Assembly (NCBI GenBank): GCA_038205935.1 | Contig: JBBRBK010000047.1 | Span: 1 to 15,036, forward strand | Source: Campylobacterales bacterium | GTDB lineage: Bacteria; Campylobacterota; Campylobacteria; Campylobacterales; Sulfurimonadaceae | Reading direction: 5' to 3' | DNA length: 15,036 bases | Shown: positions 7,112 to 15,036 of the stretch, piece by piece | How the letters are laid out: the number at the start of each line of letters is the position of its first letter | Numbering within the stretch: the first letter of the stretch is position 1 | Notes under the pieces: model-generated | What the model was told of the DNA's origin: nothing | The model's input: the letters and a program-made list of their open reading frames with translations, nothing else | Databases searched by the model: none | Translations under genes and position numbers: made by a program

Positions 7112-8387
7112 TCAACCTTATAAATATGTCACTGAAAACTCTGCGGAATGTGATGAACAAACAGCTTTTGTAAAAACTTCACAAAATGAAAAATATGTGC
7201 AAAGTGCGATTGATCATAATGCTCATTCTATTATAGAAGTTGCAGATATTGCTTATCTTTTTGGACTTGACCGTATCAAAATCATAGGGATTACAGGCAC
7301 AAACGGTAAAACAACAACTGCAAGTGCCATCTACTCTATCCTTTTAGACTTAGGTTATAAAGCGGCCATGCAGGGAACTCGTGGATTTTTTCTTAACGAT
7401 CACATCGGTGAGGGTAAAACACTTACAACTCCAAGTGTATTAAACACTTACCGTCATATCTATCAGGCTGTGCGCGAGGGATGTGAATATTTTGTGATGG
7501 AAGTTAGCTCACATGCGATCGTTCAAAAACGTATCGAGGGGATTAATTTTGCCCTCAAAATTCTTACAAATATCACTCAAGATCATCTTGACTTTCATAA
7601 GAGTTTAGCTGAATATACGATGGTAAAAAACAGTTTTTTTCAAGATGAAAGTAAAAAGCTGATAAACAAAGATGAGCCAAAGGCCTCTTTTAATATCAAA
7701 AATACTTACACTTACGGGATAGAAAATTCTGCAAGTTATAAACTGATGGCGTATTCATTAAATAACGGCTCGAGCGGAATTATTCAGAATTTTCAGAATA
7801 TTGTTCCGTTTCAAGCATCACTGCATGGTTTCTTCAATCTCTACAATCTTCTTGCGGCGATGGCGGCTGTTGATCTCGTGTGTGATAAAACTTTAGAAGA
7901 GATTGCAAATGTTGTAGAAAACTTTGCAGGCGTGAGCGGAAGAATGGAACAAGTAAGTGAAGTTCCTAATGTCATCGTGGATTTTGCTCATACACCCGAT
8001 GGAATGGCTCAAGTTCTCAATGCTTTAAAAGAGAAAGAACTTCTAGTTGTCTTTGGCGCAGGTGGTGACAGAGATCCTATTAAACGCCCGCTTATGGGTA
8101 AAATAGCTTCAAGTTTGGCTAAAAAAATTTATGTTACGAGCGATAATCCTCGACATGAAGATCCAGATGTGATCATAGACGAAATTCTTTCAGGTATTGA
8201 AGATAAGAGTAATGTTGTAGTCGAACCAAATCGTAAACGCGCTATTGAAATGGCGTTGAGTGAACAAGGTGCAGATGAGGTTGTCGTTATTCTTGGAAAA
8301 GGTGATGAGTCTTATCAGATTATCTATGATGAGTATTTGCCTTTTGATGATAGAGAAGTCGTGCGAGAGTTGCTACGTTTAAAGTAG
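7092..8387 (+). CDS. murE: UDP-N-acetylmuramoyl-L-alanyl-D-glutamate--2,6-diaminopimelate ligase
   Basis: GITGTNGKTTT, MEVSSH, TNITQDHLDFH, VDFAHTPDG, FGAGGDRD, and the DAP-specificity motif DNPR. TTG start overlaps the upstream gene by 20 bp. Confidence 0.97.
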   Translation: MKIELPNQPYKYVTENSAECDEQTAFVKTSQNEKYVQSAIDHNAHSIIEVADIAYLFGLDRIKIIGITGTNGKTTTASAIYSILLDLGYKAAMQGTRGFFLNDHIGEGKTLTTPSVLNTYRHIYQAVREGCEYFVMEVSSHAIVQKRIEGINFALKILTNITQDHLDFHKSLAEYTMVKNSFFQDESKKLINKDEPKASFNIKNTYTYGIENSASYKLMAYSLNNGSSGIIQNFQNIVPFQASLHGFFNLYNLLAAMAAVDLVCDKTLEEIANVVENFAGVSGRMEQVSEVPNVIVDFAHTPDGMAQVLNALKEKELLVVFGAGGDRDPIKRPLMGKIASSLAKKIYVTSDNPRHEDPDVIIDEILSGIEDKSNVVVEPNRKRAIEMALSEQGADEVVVILGKGDESYQIIYDEYLPFDDREVVRELLRLK

Positions 8388-8418
8388 GTGTTCTCTAGTA
8401 AAACTATGTTGAATTATT

Positions 8419-8455
8419 GCTTACATGTAAGCTTTAAATCTTTACATGTAAAGAT
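8419..8455. repeat. Tandem perfect palindromes GCTTACATGTAAGC (8419-8432) and ATCTTTACATGTAAAGAT (8438-8455)
   Basis: Read directly. Both share the core TTACATGTAA and their centres are 21 bp apart. Confidence 0.9.
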
Positions 8456-8469
8456 AATCTTACTTATTT

Positions 8470-8478
8470 TGCTATAAT
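8470..8478 (+). promoter_or_regulatory. Extended -10 (TGCTATAAT) for ferredoxin-panD
   Basis: Perfect TGnTATAAT 30 nt upstream of ATG 8508, with GGAG at 8496-8499. Confidence 0.75.
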
Positions 8479-8507
8479 TCGTGAAATTTTTAGACGGAGA
8501 ACAGTTT

Positions 8508-8882
8508 ATGGGAATTCCTCAACCGGCTTTTTATATCTTTAAGTGCGAACAAGCAGCACCTCCGGGGATGCCAAAGCCTTCGTGCGTTAATCCCCAAACT
8601 CAAGACCTTTTCCAGTTTTTAGCACAGACTTTAATGCAAAAAGGTATAATGGGAACAGTTCAACCTATTCGTACTTCATGTATGAATCGTTGTAATGCTG
8701 GTCCAATCATGTTAGTTGAACCAGGTCATACAATGTATGTAGGCTTAGATAAAGCGAAGATCGAGCGTATCATTGATGAGCATATCATCGGCGGAAATGT
8801 TGTAGAGGAGTATGTAATTTCACAAGAATTATGGGATGCTCCAATGTCTCCAGCTGACATGCAAGCTCAAATGGGACGCTAA
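8508..8882 (+). CDS. Thioredoxin-like [2Fe-2S] ferredoxin (124 aa)
   Basis: IFKC-x12-C...RTSCMNRCNAGPIMLVEP...Y...IERIIDEHIIGG shows the four-Cys TRX-like ferredoxin pattern. I moved the start from GTG 8481 to ATG 8508 based on RBS and promoter position. Confidence 0.9.
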   Translation: MGIPQPAFYIFKCEQAAPPGMPKPSCVNPQTQDLFQFLAQTLMQKGIMGTVQPIRTSCMNRCNAGPIMLVEPGHTMYVGLDKAKIERIIDEHIIGGNVVEEYVISQELWDAPMSPADMQAQMGR

Positions 8883-8900
8883 TTTTTTTAAGGTAAAAAA

Positions 8901-9266
8901 ATGACAATTGAAATGTTGTATAGTAAAATTCATCGCGCAACTGTGACAGACGCTAACTTGAATTATGTTGGTTCTATTACTGTGGATGAGGAGCTTTTAG
9001 AAGCTTCAAAGATGCGTGTGGGACAAAAAGTTGAGATCTTAAATATCAACAACGGTGAAAGATTTTCGACTTATATCATCTTGGGCGAACGCGGTAAACG
9101 TGATATCTGCCTCAATGGTGCCGCTGCACGTAAAGTACACAAAGGTGACAAAGTTATCATCGTTGCATACGCGACGTATGATGAAAAAGAACTTGACACT
9201 TATAAACCTCGTGTTGTTATCGTCGATGAAGATAACAATATAGAACACATCTCTGAGAGCATCTAA
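8901..9266 (+). CDS. panD: Aspartate 1-decarboxylase
   Basis: [22 protein letters not shown] autocleavage site, NNGERFSTY and ICLNGAAAR. Confidence 0.98.
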   Translation: MTIEMLYSKIHRATVTDANLNYVGSITVDEELLEASKMRVGQKVEILNINNGERFSTYIILGERGKRDICLNGAAARKVHKGDKVIIVAYATYDEKELDTYKPRVVIVDEDNNIEHISESI

Positions 9267-9280
9267 CTAGATGCTTTTAT
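9258..9280 (+). terminator. Possible intrinsic terminator overlapping the panD stop codon
   Basis: AGCATCT-AACT-AGATGCT followed by TTTAT. Confidence 0.4.
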
Positions 9281-9371
9281 GAGAAATTCTTTTTTGCATT
9301 TTCTCTCTCTTTTTCCTCATTTTAAATCAGTATTTCAGTTTTTTGTGCGTATAAATTAGTTAAAATTCCAA

Positions 9372-10220
9372 ATGCAAAAATTTGAAAATTTCTTATTAGA
9401 ACATCTTCCAAAAGTACCGAGTATTCATCCTCATTACGAGGACGCTATCAACAAAATGCTCACGGCTGGTGGGAAACGTTTTAGACCAGCTCTTTTGCTC
9501 GGTGTTGTAGGTGCGTATAACTCTCTTTTGCTCGAGGGTGCGCGTTACGCAGCTTTAGCAATAGAGATGCTTCACACTTACTCTCTCATCCACGATGATC
9601 TCCCAGCTATGGACAATGCCTCTCTTCGCCGCGGTCATCCAACCTTACATGTAAGCTATGATGAGGTCACGGCTATTCTTGTGGGAGATGCTCTTAACAC
9701 TTATGCTTTTGAGATTCTCTCTAACGCGCCTTTTAGTGATGCAACTCGTGTGAAACTGATCCGAGAACTAGCAGTCAATGGCGGTCTTAGCGGTATGGTT
9801 TTAGGTCAGGCGATAGACTGCTATTTTGAAAATAAACCGCTCGCACTTGAAGATATAAAGTTCTTACATACTAATAAGACAGCAAAGCTCATAGCCGCCT
9901 CTTTGAAGATGGGCGCTATTATCGCAGGCGAAGAGAAGCTCGAAGATATGATCTATGATTTTGGTCTCAAACTTGGACTCTTATTTCAGATTCAAGATGA
10001 TATTTTAGATGTGACACAAACTGATGATGAGGCGGGGAAAACTACAAATAACGACGATAATAAAAACAGCTTTGTAACGATACTTGGATTAAATGAGGCG
10101 ATGAAAGAAGCTAATGATTTAGCTGATGAATTAACACAGATGATGGAGAATTTCGATGAAAAACTTTACAAAGAACTTTCTCCACTTTTAACAAATTACA
10201 TTAACAGACACAAAGGATAA
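9372..10220 (+). CDS. ispA: Geranyltranstransferase / farnesyl diphosphate synthase (polyprenyl synthetase)
   Basis: GGKRFRP, HTYSLIHDDLPAMDNASLRRG, GQAID, KTAKLI and FQIQDDILD. Confidence 0.92.
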   Translation: MQKFENFLLEHLPKVPSIHPHYEDAINKMLTAGGKRFRPALLLGVVGAYNSLLLEGARYAALAIEMLHTYSLIHDDLPAMDNASLRRGHPTLHVSYDEVTAILVGDALNTYAFEILSNAPFSDATRVKLIRELAVNGGLSGMVLGQAIDCYFENKPLALEDIKFLHTNKTAKLIAASLKMGAIIAGEEKLEDMIYDFGLKLGLLFQIQDDILDVTQTDDEAGKTTNNDDNKNSFVTILGLNEAMKEANDLADELTQMMENFDEKLYKELSPLLTNYINRHKG

Positions 10221-10223
10221 AAT

Positions 10224-12140
10224 ATGGCAAATCAGATGCGCCAAAAGATGGCAGACAGTATAAGATTTTTAGCAGCAGATATGGTTCAAGCGGCAAATTC
10301 TGGACACCCCGGTGCGCCGATGGGACTCGCTGATGTTGCCGTAGTTTTAAGCGAACATCTTCGCCATAATCCTAAAAATCCTTCGTGGTTAAATCGTGAT
10401 AGACTTGTGTTTTCAGGCGGACATGCAACAGGACTTATCTATTCACTTTACTATCTTTGGGGATACGGCCTTGAGGTAGAAGATCTTAAAAATTTCCGTC
10501 AACTAGACTCTAAAACTCCAGGACATCCTGAATATGGACATACAAAAGGCATCGAGATTACAACAGGTCCTCTTGGGCAAGGCGTAGCAAATGCTGTTGG
10601 TTTCTCAATGGCAAGCAAATTTATGGGCGCGCAGTTAAACTCTGATACTGCGAACTTAATCGATCATAATGTGTACTGTTTATGTGGTGATGGCGACTTA
10701 GAAGAGGGGATCAGTTATGAAGCTTGTTCGATTGCAGGACATAATAAACTTGATAATCTTATCTTGATCTATGATTCAAACTGTATTACTATCGAAGGTT
10801 CAACGAGTTTGAGTATCAGCGAAAATATCCGTGGCAGATTTGTAGCGCAAGAATGGGATGTTTTTGAATGTGACGGTCATAATTATGATGAGATAAACGG
10901 CGCAATAGAGAGTGCAAAATCAAGTTCTAAGCCAGCTCTTATCATCGCTCATACCGTTATCGCTAAAGGTGCATGTGAATTAGAAGGTTCTCATCATGCC
11001 CATGGTGCACCACTTGGTGAAGCTGTTATAAAAGAAGCGAAAGAAAAAGCTGGTTTTGATCCAGATAAAAAATTCTTTGTCAGCGAAGATGTTATGGCAA
11101 GATTTAGATGTGCGATAGAAAAAGGTGATCTACTCGAGCGTGAATGGATTCACAGTCAAAAAACACTGCCTCTTATGGAGCAAAATGCAGCGCTTGAAGC
11201 TTTGCAAAATCCAGATTTTTCACGCATCCAGTGGCCAGTTTTTGATAAAGCAGATGCAACTCGTAACACAAACGGCAAGATTATGAATGCTATTGCTCGC
11301 GCGCTTCCAAGTTTCTTGGGCGGTTCAGCGGATCTTGGTCCATCAAATAAAACAACCCTCAATGATATGGGTGTATTTCCAAAGGGTAGAAATATCTACT
11401 TTGGTATTCGTGAACATGCGATGGCTTCTATTGTAAATGCGATGGCATTGTATGGTCCATTGATGCCGTTTTCTTCTACTTTTTTCGTGTTCTCAGATTA
11501 TATGAAACCATCAGCGCGTATCGCGGCACTTGCTGGCATTCAGCAGTTTTTCATCTGGACTCATGACAGTATCGGTGTTGGCGAAGATGGTCCGACGCAT
11601 CAGCCTATCGAGCATTTAAGTCAGTTTCGCGCACTTCCGAACTTTTATGTTTGGCGTCCTGCGGATGGAGCGGAAAACATCGTCGCTTGGCAAGTGGCAC
11701 TCGGCATGAAAAAATCTCCATCGGCGTTTGTATGTTCACGCCAAAATCTTCCTGTGTTACCAGCTTGTGTCAAAGGTGAGATAGCAAAAGGTGGATATCT
11801 TTTAAGCTCGGATGAAAATGCAACTATTACGCTTATGGCTTCAGGTTCTGAAGTAGGCCTAGCGATGGAAACAAAAGAGCTTTTAAATACACAAGGTAAA
11901 AAAGTAAATGTTGTCAGTGTTCCTTGTTTTGATCTTTTACTTGAGCAGGACTCTGCGTACATCAACGGTATCATAATTCCTGACACGAAAAAGGTTGCCA
12001 TAGAAGCTGCCCGTGGTTTAGAATGGTACAGATTTGCAGATGAAGTCGTGTGCATGGAGAGTTTCGGAGCTTCAGCACCGGCTGAGAAACTTTTTGAGAA
12101 GTTTGGGTTTACTGCAAAAAAAATAGCAGAGAAAATATAG
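10224..12140 (+). CDS. tkt: Transketolase
   Basis: SGHPGAPMG, NRDRLVFSGGH, TTGPLGQG, GDGDLEEG, FGIREHAM and THDSIGVGEDGPTHQPIEH. Confidence 0.98.
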   Translation: MANQMRQKMADSIRFLAADMVQAANSGHPGAPMGLADVAVVLSEHLRHNPKNPSWLNRDRLVFSGGHATGLIYSLYYLWGYGLEVEDLKNFRQLDSKTPGHPEYGHTKGIEITTGPLGQGVANAVGFSMASKFMGAQLNSDTANLIDHNVYCLCGDGDLEEGISYEACSIAGHNKLDNLILIYDSNCITIEGSTSLSISENIRGRFVAQEWDVFECDGHNYDEINGAIESAKSSSKPALIIAHTVIAKGACELEGSHHAHGAPLGEAVIKEAKEKAGFDPDKKFFVSEDVMARFRCAIEKGDLLEREWIHSQKTLPLMEQNAALEALQNPDFSRIQWPVFDKADATRNTNGKIMNAIARALPSFLGGSADLGPSNKTTLNDMGVFPKGRNIYFGIREHAMASIVNAMALYGPLMPFSSTFFVFSDYMKPSARIAALAGIQQFFIWTHDSIGVGEDGPTHQPIEHLSQFRALPNFYVWRPADGAENIVAWQVALGMKKSPSAFVCSRQNLPVLPACVKGEIAKGGYLLSSDENATITLMASGSEVGLAMETKELLNTQGKKVNVVSVPCFDLLLEQDSAYINGIIIPDTKKVAIEAARGLEWYRFADEVVCMESFGASAPAEKLFEKFGFTAKKIAEKI

Positions 12141-12145
12141 TTTTT

Positions 12146-12175
12146 TCACAGAAAAATCTTTTTTTGTGATAAGAT
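12146..12175 (+). promoter_or_regulatory. Inverted repeat abutting a putative extended -10 (TGATAAGAT, 12167-12175) of the chemoreceptor gene
   Basis: TCACAGAAAAA (12146-12156) pairs imperfectly with TTTTTTTGTGA (12159-12169). A GGGAG RBS precedes ATG 12204. Confidence 0.4.
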
Positions 12176-12203
12176 AATCTATTAAATAATTTAGGGAGTA
12201 GAT

Positions 12204-13280
12204 ATGTTTGGATGCAGTTCAAAACTAGCAGAATTAGAAAGAAAACATCAAGCACAGATAGCTGAACTTGAATCTAAAAATGATGATTTAAGACGTGAAA
12301 TCTCCATGCTTGAGAATGAAAAAAATGCACCTAAAGAGGTTGATAATACACCGGGGCTTGTACATGTATTAATTGAGAGTTATGAAGATGGTACCTCGTT
12401 CTTGCAAAAAATTATTGAAGATAATGTTGTAAAACTTGTTGCTATCAATGATCTCAATGGTAAAACCGTTACGAGGATGGAAAATATTGAAAATGAAACA
12501 GATGAGATTGCAAAATCTGTAGACAGTATTCAACAATACTCAAACCAGCTCGGAGATGATTCAAACTCTTTAAACAATAGCGTTATGTCTATTGCTGAGA
12601 TCATTAATCTTATCAAAGATATTTCGGATCAAACAAATCTTCTAGCACTCAATGCGGCTATAGAAGCGGCGCGTGCAGGCGAGCATGGACGTGGATTTGC
12701 AGTCGTTGCTGATGAGGTAAGAAAACTTGCCGAGCGTACGCAAAAAGCGACTCAAGAGGTTGAGATAAATATCAACGGACTTAAACAAAACTCTAACTCT
12801 ATGATGGAGATCAGTTCTACGTTTATGAAAGAAACAAATAATGTTATGGACGTTTTAGAAGGTTTTAGAGAAAATGTTGGATTGGTAAGAAGAAACTCTA
12901 CTGATATACAACAAAAAACAGAAGCACTGACAAATGAGCTACATGTAAGCAATGGAAAAATCGATCATATCGCCCTTAAGCTCGAAGGTTATAAAGCAAT
13001 GATCTCTAAAAAATCAATTAATGTCGTCGATGAACATAGCTGTAGATTTGGAAAATGGTTTGCAACTACTACTAGTACACTTTTGAAAAATTATGGTAAA
13101 GATATTTCTGTTATTACCAAACATCATGCAAATGTCCACCAAGGCATTAAGCAAGAGATTGAACTTTGGATCTCTGGTAAAGAGAAAGAGGCACTTGAGC
13201 GTATGAAAGATGTTGAAAAATCTAGTAGTGAAGCTTTTGAACTTCTTTTAACTACTGTTAGAGATGCTTCAAAACAATAG
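12204..13280 (+). CDS. Soluble methyl-accepting chemotaxis protein with C-terminal CZB zinc-binding domain (TlpD-like architecture)
   Basis: Signalling tip [43 protein letters not shown] pattern DH...HSCRFGKWF...HANVH, and no hydrophobic TM segment. Confidence 0.92.
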   Translation: MFGCSSKLAELERKHQAQIAELESKNDDLRREISMLENEKNAPKEVDNTPGLVHVLIESYEDGTSFLQKIIEDNVVKLVAINDLNGKTVTRMENIENETDEIAKSVDSIQQYSNQLGDDSNSLNNSVMSIAEIINLIKDISDQTNLLALNAAIEAARAGEHGRGFAVVADEVRKLAERTQKATQEVEININGLKQNSNSMMEISSTFMKETNNVMDVLEGFRENVGLVRRNSTDIQQKTEALTNELHVSNGKIDHIALKLEGYKAMISKKSINVVDEHSCRFGKWFATTTSTLLKNYGKDISVITKHHANVHQGIKQEIELWISGKEKEALERMKDVEKSSSEAFELLLTTVRDASKQ

Positions 13281-13820
13281 ATAAGGCTTGATCACTTCGG
13301 TGGTCAGTCCCATCGCGGTACTTTCAAATCCTCGAACCTCTTTTATATAGTTTTTGCAAAATCCCTCAACCATACACGCTCCAGCTTTTCCTCGCCAATC
13401 ACCACTTTTAAGATACTGTTCTAAATCCTCTTCATCAAACTTTTCAAAGAGATAATCTGTAGAAGAGATATTGATAACTTTAACGTGCTTGGAGTGAAAT
13501 ATTTGACAAGTGATGATGGAAGTAACATTTCCACTTTGTGTTAAAAGAATATTCCGAGCTTCACTTTCACAGCGAGCTTTTCTTAAGATATTTCCACCTG
13601 TTGAGATAACAGTATCAGCGACTAAAAGAGGATAATCTTCAATGCCAAAATGTTTGAAGTTTGTATTGTATTTGCCAAGAGTGGCGAGGTAGACGAAATT
13701 TTTAGCATCACGAGCGACTACAGAGTCCTCATCGAACTCTACGCTCATCTGCACAAACTCTATGCCGGCCTTAGTTAAAAGCTCGGCGCGAGTTTGCGAA
13801 GAGGAGGCAAGCCTAACCAT
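13269..13820 (-). CDS. maf: Maf family nucleoside triphosphate pyrophosphatase
   Basis: [31 protein letters not shown] and MGL. Confidence 0.93.
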   Translation of the reverse strand: MVRLASSSQTRAELLTKAGIEFVQMSVEFDEDSVVARDAKNFVYLATLGKYNTNFKHFGIEDYPLLVADTVISTGGNILRKARCESEARNILLTQSGNVTSIITCQIFHSKHVKVINISSTDYLFEKFDEEDLEQYLKSGDWRGKAGACMVEGFCKNYIKEVRGFESTAMGLTTEVIKPYLLF

Positions 13821-14346
13821 TTCTAAGAACTACACCCAGATAGATAGCGACAATGCCGAGAATAATATTGAGAGGAACCATATATTTTCCGATAAGTTTC
13901 AAAGCACTTCCAGCGCCGATAAGATCACCATTTTTGATAAGGTTTACCGCTTGATTACGTTTGAGTACCATCGCGATGAAGTTAAGAGTCATGATAAGCC
14001 AGAGTGCTTCTTTTACATGTACAAGATTATAGATGTGCATTGCGTATGCGTCTACAATATTTCCATTCACGTCCACTGCCGCAGTTCTAAATCCATATCC
14101 AACAGCCATAATAACTGCTGTGATGATGAGAATAAGAACAAATGGCGCGACTATTGCAAATAAGCGTTTAAGTGCTTGTGCGGTACGCTCGATTTTCTGA
14201 TGAGTATTGTCAATCATTTGAATCGACTGATGCGCAGCAAAACGCATAGCGATCATCCCTCCAACCCAAACAACAGCACTAATAACATGTAAAAATATAA
14301 TTTGGTTTCTAAAATCTGCAAAGAGAGTATAGATAAGTTCTTTCAT
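13813..14346 (-). CDS. Integral membrane protein (about 4 TM), CopD-like N-terminal motif
   Basis: FLHVISAVVWVGGMIAM, with hydrophobic segments IVAPFVLILIITAVIMAVG, ALWLIMTLNFIAMVL and MVPLNIILGIVAIYLGVVL. The start overlaps the alaS stop (TAATG). Confidence 0.75.
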   Translation of the reverse strand: MKELIYTLFADFRNQIIFLHVISAVVWVGGMIAMRFAAHQSIQMIDNTHQKIERTAQALKRLFAIVAPFVLILIITAVIMAVGYGFRTAAVDVNGNIVDAYAMHIYNLVHVKEALWLIMTLNFIAMVLKRNQAVNLIKNGDLIGAGSALKLIGKYMVPLNIILGIVAIYLGVVLRNG

Positions 14347-15035
14347 TATGACAAAGCCTTTGTTATAAAATCCTGTGCAACTGTTTTTGCCTCAGGAAGT
14401 TTTGTGACATCTTTTCCGCCTGCTTGTGCGAAGTCGGCTCTGCCACCGCCACCGCCACCAAGCACCGGAGCTACAATCTTGATCCAGTCGCCTGCTTTTA
14501 CGTTAGAATTTTTAATTCCTGCTGCGATGAGAACTTTATCATCTTTAACTTGGAATAACATCGCGCAAATAGACTCGTGTTGATTCTTAAGCTCATCGAT
14601 ACGTTCTTTGATATCACCCGCTGTGATCTCTTCAATGACGTAAGCAGTTTGGCCGATCATCTCTACATGTAAGCTCTCTTTTGCTGCATTTTGAGTTTGG
14701 GAAAGTTCATGTTTGAGTGTAGAAACCTGTTCTTTGAGTCTTTCAATTCCAGCTTGAAGGTCTTGGTTTTTTACGCCCTCTCGAGCCACATGTAAAGTAT
14801 GACGTTGTGCTTTTACATAGTTATATGACGCGTTTCCACAAACTGCTTCAATGCGTCTCACGCCAGCACTCACACCGCTCTCTTTTGTGATAATGAATGT
14901 GCCGATCTCAGCCGTATTTTTGACATGCGTTCCGCCACAAAACTCGACAGATGCTTCGCCAAAACTTACAACTCTTACTTTGTCGCCATACTTTTCGCCA
15001 AACTGTGCTTTTGCGCCGCTTTTTGAAGCTTCTTC
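14346..15035 (-). CDS. alaS: Alanine--tRNA ligase, 3' part (editing and C-Ala/DHHA1 domains); 5' end lies outside the window
   Basis: The frame is open to the window edge: FGEKYGDKVRVV...SVEFCGGTHVKNT...ESGVSAGVRRIEA...GGGGGGRADFAQAGG. Confidence 0.97.
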   Translation of the reverse strand, partial: EEASKSGAKAQFGEKYGDKVRVVSFGEASVEFCGGTHVKNTAEIGTFIITKESGVSAGVRRIEAVCGNASYNYVKAQRHTLHVAREGVKNQDLQAGIERLKEQVSTLKHELSQTQNAAKESLHVEMIGQTAYVIEEITAGDIKERIDELKNQHESICAMLFQVKDDKVLIAAGIKNSNVKAGDWIKIVAPVLGGGGGGRADFAQAGGKDVTKLPEAKTVAQDFITKALS

Positions 15036-15036
15036 G

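Noticed and set aside
8419..8455. Palindrome pair considered as a mini-CRISPR or MITE
   Set aside because: There are only two short units with a 5-bp gap, no spacer-length sequence, no cas or transposase gene, and no target-site duplication.
8481..8507. GTG start for the ferredoxin
   Set aside because: It lies only 2 nt after the -10 box, upstream of the likely start site, and the RBS points to ATG 8508.
12204..12230. MFGCSS N-terminus resembling a lipobox
   Set aside because: No hydrophobic signal peptide precedes the Cys, and the RBS supports this ATG as the start.
14443..14460. GCCACC-like short repeat
   Set aside because: It encodes the conserved poly-Gly motif of the AlaRS C-terminal domain and is not a contingency repeat.
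496..14583. Shadow ORFs (496-711, 1194-1499, 3832-4032, 4029-4235, 4283-4486, 9039-9248, 9055-9243, 11156-11362, 11645-12055, 12752-12952, 13762-14163, 14302-14583)
   Set aside because: All lie antisense to or out of frame within well-supported genes, and I recognise no motifs in them.
14346..14873. 175-aa stand-alone ORF
   Set aside because: This is an internal GTG of alaS. The frame stays open to the window end with AlaRS editing motifs.

Overview
AT-rich (roughly 36-37% GC, estimated by eye) core-genome window. It is probably from a Campylobacterota bacterium of the Sulfurimonas type, inferred from gene order (nfu-TPR-murE, alaS-maf) and TGnTAnAAT promoters. In order it holds: the 5' end of a small hypothetical gene (-); a type II toxin-antitoxin pair (atypical antitoxin plus PemK/MazF toxin); CvfB-like S1 RNA-binding gene (-); a stand-alone alpha ribosomal operon (rpmJ, missing from the ORF track, then rpsM, rpsK, rpsD, rpoA, rplQ) with a structured ~120-nt leader; aldo/keto reductase; nfu-TPR-murE; thioredoxin-like [2Fe-2S] ferredoxin; panD; ispA; tkt; a soluble CZB chemoreceptor; and on the - strand the alaS 3' end, a CopD-like membrane gene and maf. 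The strongest signal the annotation does not explain is the palindrome TACATGTA (extended TTACATGTAA). I count 9 perfect copies plus 3 near-copies against about 0.5 expected. Coding copies always read as x-His-Val, and the longest copies form a tandem pair over the ferredoxin promoter. I saw no CRISPR array, tRNA, rRNA or transposase.
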